Source of the DNA: an uncultured Eubacteriales bacterium
GTDB lineage: Bacteria; Bacillota; Clostridia; TANB77; RGIG9151
Assembly: GCA_964640345.1 (NCBI GenBank)
Contig: CAZXFU010000037.1
Span: 1-12,814, forward strand
Length of the DNA stretch: 12,814 bases
Reading direction: 5' to 3'
Both the position numbers and the translations under genes were made by a program. Below, piece after piece: positions 1 through 6,440 of the stretch. The stretch's first letter is position 1. Every line of letters begins with the position of its first letter. The notes under the pieces were generated by a model. That model made no database searches and was not told the origin of the DNA. It saw nothing but the letters and a program-made list of their open reading frames with translations.

Positions 1-617
1 CTTTTTTCTTTTTCGTCCCTTGAACGAACTGCTGGTGGTTTATCAGTATTATTTTCCCTCATCCATTCAGCTATTTCTCGTGCGTTTTTTAAATACCTAC
101 TTCTTCCTATAGTTTCGCTTATCTCTTCAAACAAATCAAGAAGTTCCTTCATTTCTCCTTTTACTTCAAACTCATATCCAACATTTCTTTTTACTCTTTC
201 AGTTACCATTTCTCCTTCTGTTAGCGGTCTTTCCTGCGTTTCTTTTAATCTTCGTTCCATATTATAAGTAACAAAATTATTTACTATATCTATTGAAATT
301 GGCTGGGGTCTTGTTTTGTCTGAAGAAAGAATTCTTCCTAATTGTTGTAAATATCTGATTAACGATTCGGTTCTTGCTAACATTATTACTCCACTCACAT
401 CACTTACATGTAACCCTTCTTCTAACATCTTCATGGAGAATAAGAGTTTTAAATGGTCTGAAGTAGAATTTTCAAACTCATTTATAACAACATCTGCATC
501 TCTTTTTTTCTCCCCATTTACTGTATTATCTTCTTTATTTGATGAGACTGAGTAAACTTCCGGAGCTTTATCTATTTTTCCAAACCATTCGCTTGCCTTT
601 TCCATCATCGCTTTCAT
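1..617 (-). CDS. SF2 helicase C-terminal-domain protein lacking the N-terminal ATPase half (possible gene remnant/pseudogene); 3' end lies beyond the left window edge
   Basis: Absent from the supplied track because no stop codon lies inside the window. My own minus-strand translation, open from base 662 to base 1: FCKGKFIVFCQDTEHMKAMMEKASEWFGKIDKAPEVYSVSSNKEDNTVNGEKKRDADVVINEFENSTSDHLKLLFSMKMLEEGLHVSDVSGVIMLARTESLIRYLQQLGRILSSDKTRPQPISIDIVNNFVTYNMERRLKETQERPLTEGEMVTERVKRNVGYEFEVKGEMKELLDLFEEISETIGRSRYLKNAREIAEWMRENNTDKPPAVRSRDEKEK... Helicase motifs seen: KGKFIVFC (motif IV-like), LLFSxxMLxEGxHVxxVxxVIMLxxTES (motif V) and QQLGRIL (motif VI). An in-frame TAA lies at 663-665. The first in-frame ATG is at 617-615 and has no convincing SD. 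No Walker A/DEAD half can fit between here and the rho stop at 693. Confidence 0.6.
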   Translation of the reverse strand, partial: MKAMMEKASEWFGKIDKAPEVYSVSSNKEDNTVNGEKKRDADVVINEFENSTSDHLKLLFSMKMLEEGLHVSDVSGVIMLARTESLIRYLQQLGRILSSDKTRPQPISIDIVNNFVTYNMERRLKETQERPLTEGEMVTERVKRNVGYEFEVKGEMKELLDLFEEISETIGRSRYLKNAREIAEWMRENNTDKPPAVRSRDEKEK

Positions 618-692
618 ATGCTCTGTATCTTGACAAAATACGATAAACTTTCCTTTACAAAATTACACTGTTTAGTGACTCTTTCTAATTTT

Positions 693-1967
693 TTACATTT
701 TTCTAACCTTCTCAACAAACTCCTTATTATCTTTTGTCGCAACCAATAAATTAAGCAAGCTTTCCGCAATATCCTGGTTCCCTTGATTGAAAAGCTTTCT
801 TCGTATATTTACCACTGCTTCCCATTCATCTTTTGTAAATAATAAATCGTCTCTTCTAGTCCCGGATTTATTCATGTCAATCGCTGGAAATATACGTTTT
901 TCAGACAACTTTCTATCTAAATGTAATTCCATATTTCCGGTTCCTTTAAATTCTTCAAAAATAACATCATCCATACGACTTCCCGTTTCAATAAGTGCAG
1001 TAGCTAAAATAGTAAGACTTCCGCCATTTTCTATATTTCTTGCTGCACCAAAAAATTTCTTTGGCTTATGAAGTGCCGCCGGATCCAATCCACCGGATAG
1101 TGTTCTGCCTGATGATGGAATAGTCAAATTATATGCACGAGCCAGCCTTGTGATGCTGTCAAGTAATATAACAACATCTTTTTTATGTTCAACAAGCCTC
1201 TGAGCACGTTCTAACACCATTTCAGCCACTCTTATATGATGTTCCGGTAATTCATCAAAAGTAGAATAAATAACTTCACCATTTATTGAACGCTGCATAT
1301 CGGTAACTTCTTCAGGTCTTTCGTCGATTAGCAAAACAATAAGTTCTATGTCAGGATAATTAGTCGAAATTGCATTTGCAATCTTTTTTAATAAAGTTGT
1401 TTTTCCGGCTTTAGGCGGTGCAACTATCATGCCTCTTTGCCCCTTACCGATAGGAGCGATAATATCAATCAGTCTTGTTGCTGTTTCTGCCCTTGTCATC
1501 TCTAATCTAAGCCTGTAATCAGGATATACGGGAATTAACTGTTCAAAAGGTTTACGACGAAGTGCAACACTCACATCATCTCCATTAACAGAATTCACAT
1601 AGATAAGTGCACGGAATCGTTCTCCCTCCCTACATGGCCTAACTTTGCAATTAATTTTATCTCCTGTTTTCAAATTAAACCTTCTTATTTGAATTGGCGA
1701 AACATAAATATCTTGTGTTCCACTCAAATAATTTTCAGAACGTAAAAAGCCAAAACCATCCGCTAAAACTTCAAGTATTCCTTCAGCATCCTCAGGTTCT
1801 TCTTTCTGCTGCTCCTTTTCGGTCGTTCCTTTTTCATCTACTCTAATTACCTCTTTTTCGTTTTTAGATAAAGCCTCAATCAACTCACTTTTCTTTAACT
1901 TTGAATAGTTTTCAACTCCGGCTTCCTTTGCAAGTTCTCTTAACTCAGTAACAGTCTTGTTTGTCAT
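693..1967 (-). CDS. rho: Transcription termination factor Rho
   Basis: The protein shows an N-terminal Rho_N motif ([29 protein letters not shown]), a cold-shock-like RNA-binding region ([14 protein letters not shown]...[16 protein letters not shown]), Walker A ([11 protein letters not shown]) and a RecA-type ATPase core. I place the start at ATG 1967 because AAGGAGG sits 6 nt upstream. The track's TTG at 2045 would add a hydrophobic 26-aa leader that is not part of Rho. Confidence 0.95.
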   Translation of the reverse strand: MTNKTVTELRELAKEAGVENYSKLKKSELIEALSKNEKEVIRVDEKGTTEKEQQKEEPEDAEGILEVLADGFGFLRSENYLSGTQDIYVSPIQIRRFNLKTGDKINCKVRPCREGERFRALIYVNSVNGDDVSVALRRKPFEQLIPVYPDYRLRLEMTRAETATRLIDIIAPIGKGQRGMIVAPPKAGKTTLLKKIANAISTNYPDIELIVLLIDERPEEVTDMQRSINGEVIYSTFDELPEHHIRVAEMVLERAQRLVEHKKDVVILLDSITRLARAYNLTIPSSGRTLSGGLDPAALHKPKKFFGAARNIENGGSLTILATALIETGSRMDDVIFEEFKGTGNMELHLDRKLSEKRIFPAIDMNKSGTRRDDLLFTKDEWEAVVNIRRKLFNQGNQDIAESLLNLLVATKDNKEFVEKVRKM

Positions 1968-2034
1968 AAAAGGCCTCCTTATTAATTTGTATGCTATTGG
2001 GATTTTTTGTAAGAAAATAAAATATCTATTTAGA

Positions 2035-2057
2035 AAGGACGGCAAAATACCGTCCTT
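2035..2057 (-). terminator. Hairpin downstream of yabR and upstream of rho (weak or partial intrinsic terminator)
   Basis: An 8-bp stem AAGGACGG/CCGTCCTT (2035-2042 pairing with 2050-2057) encloses a 7-nt loop. On the minus strand it is followed by TTCTAAATAGATATTTTATTTTC, an interrupted U-tract. It lies 29 nt after the yabR stop. Confidence 0.6.
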
Positions 2058-2085
2058 AAATTAAATTATATATTCATAGGAAAGC

Positions 2086-2466
2086 TTATCTTCTGCTTCC
2101 TCTACTTCTCTTAGACTCAAAACTACGTTTTACTTCACTCTGTCTTTCCTCACTGTCCTTCAAAAACTTACTTAATCTATCTTCAAAAGACACTTCGTTA
2201 TTTCTTTTATGTTCATTATTAGGTCTGGTTTCGTTTGCTTTCTTTATCGACAAAGTTATCTTTTTATTAGCTGTATCTACATTCAAAACTTTAACCTTTA
2301 CTTTTTGATCCGGAGATAAAAACTCAGAAACATCTTTAACATATCCGTCCGCTATTTCCGAAATATGAACTAAGCCTGTCTGCCCTTCTCCTAAATCTAC
2401 AAATGCTCCAAAATTAGTAATCGATTTTACTGTTCCTTCTACTATTTCTCCTACTTTTAATGGCAT
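2086..2466 (-). CDS. yabR: S1 RNA-binding domain protein (YabR-like)
   Basis: MPLKVGEIVEGTVKSITNFGAFVDLGEGQTGLVHISEIADGYVKDVSEFL...KVKVLNVD is a canonical S1 OB-fold, followed by a basic tail. Its position after yabP-yabQ-divIC matches the Bacillus/Clostridium synteny. Confidence 0.85.
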   Translation of the reverse strand: MPLKVGEIVEGTVKSITNFGAFVDLGEGQTGLVHISEIADGYVKDVSEFLSPDQKVKVKVLNVDTANKKITLSIKKANETRPNNEHKRNNEVSFEDRLSKFLKDSEERQSEVKRSFESKRSRGSRR

Positions 2467-2504
2467 ATAAAAACCACGTCATCCTTTCTCCTTATTCTTA
2501 TTCC

Positions 2505-2533
2505 ATTTTACCTTAAAATCCTTATTACGTCAA
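2505..2533 (-). promoter_or_regulatory. Candidate sigma-A-type promoter for yabR (and possibly rho)
   Basis: Read on the minus strand: TTGACG (2533-2528), a 17-nt spacer, then TAAAAT (2510-2505). This lies in the 85-nt divIC-yabR spacer. Sequence match only. Confidence 0.5.
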
Positions 2534-2551
2534 CATATTTTCCTCAATTTG

Positions 2552-2821
2552 CTAAATTTCAATATATATTCTTTCTTCTGGCAAAAGCATACCCAGTTTC
2601 TCCCTTGCAATCTTTTCTATATATTCATCTGAATTTACATATTCTGAATAATGCTTGTACTCTTCTTGTTTTTGCTTAGCCAAATTAATTTGTTCCATAT
2701 ACATTGCTTTTTCTTTTTCATACTTTCTCATTTCTACTTCTTGCTTGAATAATGTATATGTTGCATATATAGCTAAAAAGAAAAGCACACATATTTTAAA
2801 CCAATTTACTTTTCTTTTCAT
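2552..2821 (-). CDS. divIC: Septum formation initiator, FtsB/DivIC family
   Basis: This 89-aa protein has a short basic N-terminus, one TM helix (FKICVLFFLAIYATYTLF), a coiled coil (QEVEMRKYEKEKAMYMEQINLAKQKQEEY) and the C-terminal IEKIAREKLGMLLPEE motif typical of DivIC/FtsB. An AAGGGGG SD sits 6 nt upstream. The gene overlaps the yabQ 3' end by 26 nt. Confidence 0.82.
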   Translation of the reverse strand: MKRKVNWFKICVLFFLAIYATYTLFKQEVEMRKYEKEKAMYMEQINLAKQKQEEYKHYSEYVNSDEYIEKIAREKLGMLLPEERIYIEI

Positions 2822-3173
2822 TATTTGCCCCCTTGAAAACTTTAATTAGCCATCCTATCAACCCTACTAAATATCGGCATATAAAATCCAAAACTTTATA
2901 TGTAAAATTAGTTAAAGTAAGAAAATATATAAGCATTCCTAAAAAGACTGCTAAAATCATATATATTCTAATTGTGCCGGCGTTTAAAATATATGAAAGC
3001 CAGATAACTCCACATCCTAAAACAATCCAATAAAGGACATCTTCAAGGCAAACTACTACATCACTAACATTTCTGTTATGTCTAAATGCTCTTAAAATAT
3101 CCAAAAAAATTCCGGCAACCATTCCTTCTAAAATGAAATAAAGAAAAATTATCAGCTCTCTAGTTACTGTCAT
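2796..3173 (-). CDS. yabQ: Spore cortex biosynthesis membrane protein YabQ
   Basis: This 125-aa polytopic membrane protein carries the YabQ-like signature LEGMVAGIFLDILRAFR. It follows yabP directly, and an AGGAGG SD sits 8 nt before the ATG. Confidence 0.8.
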   Translation of the reverse strand: MTVTRELIIFLYFILEGMVAGIFLDILRAFRHNRNVSDVVVCLEDVLYWIVLGCGVIWLSYILNAGTIRIYMILAVFLGMLIYFLTLTNFTYKVLDFICRYLVGLIGWLIKVFKGANNEKKSKLV

Positions 3174-3190
3174 GCAGATTTACCTCCTGA

Positions 3191-3484
3191 TTACTTAAAT
3201 ATTTTACCGAAAAAACTTCCGTTTGTAACTGCCTTATCAGAATATGTGCAACTGCCAATTTCACCTTCTACACATAATTCTGAAGATTCCAAGTTTAACT
3301 TGTTTATATGTAAATCTATTCCCTTAATTGTAAGCATTCCCATTTCGGTTTGAACAACTACCATATCCGGGTTAAAAATATCTACATCAAGTACACCGGA
3401 TATGCTCATTTTTTCTCGGTTTTCCAGCAAAAAATTATGTTGCTTTTTGTTGTTTACAGTTTGCTTTCTTTCCTCAATTGGCAT
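3191..3484 (-). CDS. yabP: Sporulation protein YabP
   Basis: The 97-aa product contains HNFLLENREKMSISGVLDVDIFNPDMVVVQTEMGMLTIKGIDLHINKLNLESSELCVEGEI, which matches the YabP family pattern (l.nRe.l.itGV..V.sFd...i.l.T..G.L.IkGe.Lhi..l.le.g.l.i.G.I). A GGAGGG SD sits 6 nt upstream. Confidence 0.9.
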   Translation of the reverse strand: MPIEERKQTVNNKKQHNFLLENREKMSISGVLDVDIFNPDMVVVQTEMGMLTIKGIDLHINKLNLESSELCVEGEIGSCTYSDKAVTNGSFFGKIFK

Positions 3485-3576
3485 ATTGATCCCTCCGTTC
3501 TTTTGTATTAAATAATATTCATTGCTTGCCTTTATTATTACAAAATGTTAGAATAAATTTTGAGGTGAAACTGCCA

Positions 3577-3936
3577 ATGGATATAAACAGTGTTAATCAA
3601 ATATTTAGCCAAAAATTGCAAGATATAAATTCACGTTTACCCGATAAGATAAGCATAAACGGAAAATTTCAGTCTATACTGGAGCAAACACAACAAGAAA
3701 ACACAAATTCACTTCAAGAAAATAAAACAACATCCACAAGTGATGACGATATATCTTCTTTGTTAAAAAACATGATATCAACCCAATCGCTAATAAATAC
3801 TAACTCTGCTTTTTCAGGGGATTCATCGTCAGGAATTTTCCCTACCTCTTCTTTCAACAATACAATAAACTCAATTCAACAAGCTCAGCTCCTAAAAGCT
3901 CTTGGTAATTCAAATAAATCTTCAAATGACAATTAA
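3577..3936 (+). CDS. Hypothetical S/N/Q/T-rich low-complexity protein (119 aa)
   Basis: I chose ATG 3577 because a GAGGTGA SD (3562-3568) sits 8 nt upstream. The track's TTG 3526 has no SD. The product has no Cys, Trp or Tyr, no signal peptide or TM helix, and no family I recognise. The frame stays open for 360 nt in AT-rich DNA, and a possible extended -10 (TGTTAGAAT, 3546-3554) lies upstream. Confidence 0.5.
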   Translation: MDINSVNQIFSQKLQDINSRLPDKISINGKFQSILEQTQQENTNSLQENKTTSTSDDDISSLLKNMISTQSLINTNSAFSGDSSSGIFPTSSFNNTINSIQQAQLLKALGNSNKSSNDN

Positions 3937-3992
3937 ATGCTTTGGCACTGCTATTTGTCAACTTTCGCTATGGTTTTTGGGTATAAATTGTA

Positions 3993-4021
3993 TTGACTTG
4001 TTTTCCAATATATGTTATTAT
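3993..4021 (+). promoter_or_regulatory. Candidate sigma-A promoter of abrB
   Basis: TTGACT (3993-3998), a 17-nt spacer, then TATTAT (4016-4021), preceded by TGT to give an extended -10 (TGnTATTAT). It lies 30 nt upstream of the abrB ATG. The SD AGGGAGG is at 4035-4041. Confidence 0.6.
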
Positions 4022-4050
4022 TATACCGTTAAAAAGGGAGGCGTGAAGTT

Positions 4051-4305
4051 ATGAAATCAACAGGAATTGTTAGAAAAGTAGATGAATTGGGACGTGTTGT
4101 TCTTCCTATAGAACTTCGTCGTAGTTTAGATATTGAAGAAAAAGATGCTTTAGAAATTTATGTGGAAGATAATACAATTATCTTAAAAAAATATGAGCCG
4201 GATTGTATATTCTGTGGCAATGCAAGAGATGTTATAAACTTCAAAGGCAAGAACATCTGCACTGCTTGCTTAAAAGAAATGAAGAAGACGGCTAAAAATG
4301 TTTAA
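4051..4305 (+). CDS. abrB: Transition-state regulator AbrB (SpoVT/AbrB swapped-hairpin DNA-binding domain), clostridial type with a Cys4 C-terminus
   Basis: MKSTGIVRKVDELGRVVLPIELRRSLDIEEKDALEIYVEDNTIILKKY is nearly identical to the B. subtilis AbrB N-domain as I remember it. The C-terminal 35 aa carry CIFC...CTAC. Confidence 0.93.
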   Translation: MKSTGIVRKVDELGRVVLPIELRRSLDIEEKDALEIYVEDNTIILKKYEPDCIFCGNARDVINFKGKNICTACLKEMKKTAKNV

Positions 4306-4336
4306 TTTTATTAAAAAATAAATATAGTATTGGTTT

Positions 4337-4386
4337 AAAATGCAAAGAAAAAGCGAGGGTGAGTCCCCGCTTTTTCTTTGCATTTT
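4337..4386. terminator. Bidirectional intrinsic terminator shared by abrB (+) and the hydrogenase operon (-)
   Basis: A perfect 14-bp stem GCAAAGAAAAAGCG (4342-4355) pairs with CGCTTTTTCTTTGC (4368-4381). It extends by GGG/CCC across one bulged A and closes on a 5-nt loop TGAGT. The stem is flanked by AAAA (4337-4340) and TTTT (4383-4386), so each strand reads hairpin plus U-tract. Confidence 0.88.
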
Positions 4387-4419
4387 GTAATTTTTTTGTT
4401 GAGTTTTCACTCCGCTTTT

Positions 4420-5892
4420 TTATTCTACACCATTTTGTTCCCCGTTGTCAACATCTTTGTTTTGATTTTCACTTTGACTCATCTTATATAATCTAACAGA
4501 ATTATCTATACTCTTTTCTTTAGCATCCTCACCATATTTGTCAACATCAGCTGCATTCTTGGGACCGTGGCTTAAGCACAATGCTCCGTTTAAGCATCCA
4601 CCGTCACATGCCATACCTTCAAAGAAATTCTCAACAGCCTTATTAGCTTTTAATTTAAGTAGATTCAGTCTGCATTCATCTATGCCGCTCATAGCAACAG
4701 GTTTAACCTCAACGCCCATCTCAGTGCCAAGTTCTTTTACGCCCTTTGCTATACCACCGGATTTAGCAAAAATTCTTCCATAGTAAGATGCATTATCTAA
4801 AGATGACTCCTCTAACGAAGCAATATCAATCTCTCTAGCATCAAAGAATGCTTGCAATTCTTCAAATGATAAAACGCTGTCAATAGCTCCTCCAGTCTTT
4901 TCCAGCTTATACTCAAGCTTTTTACTGGTACATGGACCGATAAAAACAACCTTTGCAGTAGGATCTGAACTCTTAATAAGCCTTGCCGTTTCAATCATAG
5001 GAGAAACAGAACTTGAAATATATTTAGCAAGCTCAGGGAAATTCTTCTCAATAAACATAACAAATGAAGGGCAACATGATGTAGTCATAATTCCCTTTTC
5101 CTTAAACTCATTAAGCTCATGATATAATGTAATATCCGCACCAAGTGCCGCTTCAACAACATGATGAAAACCTAATTTTTTAATACCTGTAATAATCTGC
5201 TCAATTTTAGCATACTTAAACTGGCTAACAATAGACGGGGCAATAACCGCATAAACGTTGTAATTTTTATTATTATCCGACTCCTTTAAGAGCTTTAGCA
5301 CATCCATAATTAAAGACTTGTCTACAATTGCACCAAACGGGCATTGGTAAACACAAGCACCGCAAGAAATACATTTATCGTTATCAATAACAGCCTTCTT
5401 ATCCTCACCCATACTAATAGCCTTAACTTTACAACTGTTAACACAAGGTCTCTTCTGTGCAATAATTGCAGAATAAGGACAAGCTTTTGTACACATTCCG
5501 CACTCTATACATTTATCTTTATCAATAACAGCCTTTTTATTAACGATACTAATGGCACCCTTTGGGCAAACTTCCGTACATCTGTTAATAATGCATCCAC
5601 GGCAAGCTTGCGTAACAAGCATTCCCTCAATCGGGCATTCGTCACAAGCAATATCTATCACTTCAACAACATTGGGGTTGTCCTTATTTCCACCAAGAGC
5701 CATTTTTATTCTCTCCTGAACAATAGCTCTTTCCTTATATATGCAACATCTCATACTTGCCTTAGGACCTGGTACAACAACATTTGGAACATCACGGTAA
5801 ACATTTTGCATATCGTCTTGATCCGCCTTTTTTATCACTTCTCTTAGTACCTTATATTTAAGATGTTGTACCTTGGTATCAAATTTTTTCAT
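4420..5892 (-). CDS. hfsD: [FeFe]-hydrogenase, catalytic-type H-domain with multiple N-terminal Fe-S cluster motifs (HfsD-like, group B-like)
   Basis: All three H-cluster motifs are present: TTSCCPSF (5068-5082 encodes TSCCP), IGPCTSKKLE and FEGMACDGGCLNGA. The N-terminal half has ferredoxin-type motifs CIECGMCTKACP and CISCGACVYQCP plus CDECP...CRGCIINRCTEVCP. I place the start at ATG 5892 because a GAGGAG SD sits 7 nt upstream, 1 nt after the yfcE stop. The track's TTG 5913 would overlap yfcE and has no SD. Confidence 0.87.
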   Translation of the reverse strand: MKKFDTKVQHLKYKVLREVIKKADQDDMQNVYRDVPNVVVPGPKASMRCCIYKERAIVQERIKMALGGNKDNPNVVEVIDIACDECPIEGMLVTQACRGCIINRCTEVCPKGAISIVNKKAVIDKDKCIECGMCTKACPYSAIIAQKRPCVNSCKVKAISMGEDKKAVIDNDKCISCGACVYQCPFGAIVDKSLIMDVLKLLKESDNNKNYNVYAVIAPSIVSQFKYAKIEQIITGIKKLGFHHVVEAALGADITLYHELNEFKEKGIMTTSCCPSFVMFIEKNFPELAKYISSSVSPMIETARLIKSSDPTAKVVFIGPCTSKKLEYKLEKTGGAIDSVLSFEELQAFFDAREIDIASLEESSLDNASYYGRIFAKSGGIAKGVKELGTEMGVEVKPVAMSGIDECRLNLLKLKANKAVENFFEGMACDGGCLNGALCLSHGPKNAADVDKYGEDAKEKSIDNSVRLYKMSQSENQNKDVDNGEQNGVE

Positions 5893-5893
5893 T

Positions 5894-6427
5894 TTAGAAC
5901 TCCTCACTTTCAATCAAATTCCCTGCTAAATCTTTTAATTCAATCTTATTATCATCAAGAATTATACAACTGTTAGGCGTGTTATTCTTAGGTAACGACA
6001 CTGAACCGCTATTCGCAAAAACTGTTTTTGTGCCCTTTCTTATAAAACCGGTATGTAAATGTCCATAAATAACAGCATCATAAATGCCGTCTAACTCCGC
6101 CTCATCAATCTTGTGACCATGGGTCAAAAACAGCTTCTTATCATTAATACATAGCTGAATACTCTCTGTAAAGTGAAACTTAGAAATCATTTCATCAACT
6201 TCACTGTCGCAATTACCCTTTATACATAAAATTTTATCTGAAATATCATTAAGAATCTTTGCAACCTCACTAGGTGCATATCCATCCGGCAAAGGATTTC
6301 TGGGCCCATGATAATACAAATCTCCAAGTAAAATAAGCTGTTTTACATTTTCGGCGTTAAAACGTTCCATAAGCCTTTTCATGTAAGTCTTTGAACCATG
6401 AATATCAGATGCAATCATCAATCTCAT
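5894..6427 (-). CDS. yfcE: YfcE/MJ0936-family metallophosphoesterase (phosphodiesterase)
   Basis: Calcineurin-like phosphoesterase motifs are present in order: SDIHG, LGDLYYHGPRNPLPDGYAP, KGNCDSEVD, THGH, YGHLH and NSGSVSLPK. Length (177 aa) and motif order match E. coli YfcE as I recall it. A GGGGG SD sits 8 nt upstream. Confidence 0.85.
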   Translation of the reverse strand: MRLMIASDIHGSKTYMKRLMERFNAENVKQLILLGDLYYHGPRNPLPDGYAPSEVAKILNDISDKILCIKGNCDSEVDEMISKFHFTESIQLCINDKKLFLTHGHKIDEAELDGIYDAVIYGHLHTGFIRKGTKTVFANSGSVSLPKNNTPNSCIILDDNKIELKDLAGNLIESEEF

Positions 6428-6440
6428 AAAAATACCCCCA

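Noticed and set aside
316-555. 79-aa plus-strand ORF with a TTG start
   Set aside because: It lies entirely antisense to the helicase-motif reading frame, has no SD, and its hydrophobic low-complexity product is typical of the reverse strand of an AT-rich gene.
787-1071. 94-aa plus-strand ORF inside rho
   Set aside because: It is antisense to the unambiguous Rho ATPase core, with no SD and no recognisable product.
1968-2045. 26-codon N-terminal extension of rho from TTG 2045
   Set aside because: The extension [26 protein letters not shown] is not part of any Rho I know. It runs through the intergenic hairpin, while ATG 1967 has a perfect AAGGAGG SD.
2655-3033. Two plus-strand ORFs (2655..2849 and 2833..3033)
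   Set aside because: They are antisense to divIC and yabQ, both of which have family signatures and SDs. The products are Ile/Lys/Phe-rich mirror-strand artefacts.
3526-3576. TTG-initiated extension of the orphan ORF
   Set aside because: There is no SD before TTG 3526. The GAGGTGA that serves ATG 3577 lies inside the extension.
4538-5847. ORFs 4538..4783 (+), 4812..4994 (-) and 5344..5847 (+) inside hfsD
   Set aside because: All are embedded in the hydrogenase gene, which shows every H-cluster and ferredoxin motif in its own frame. They are alternative-frame or antisense products without SDs or homology.
5893-5913. TTG 5913 start for hfsD (adds MKVRSSK)
   Set aside because: It would overlap the yfcE C-terminus. 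ATG 5892 has a GAGGAG SD at ideal spacing.
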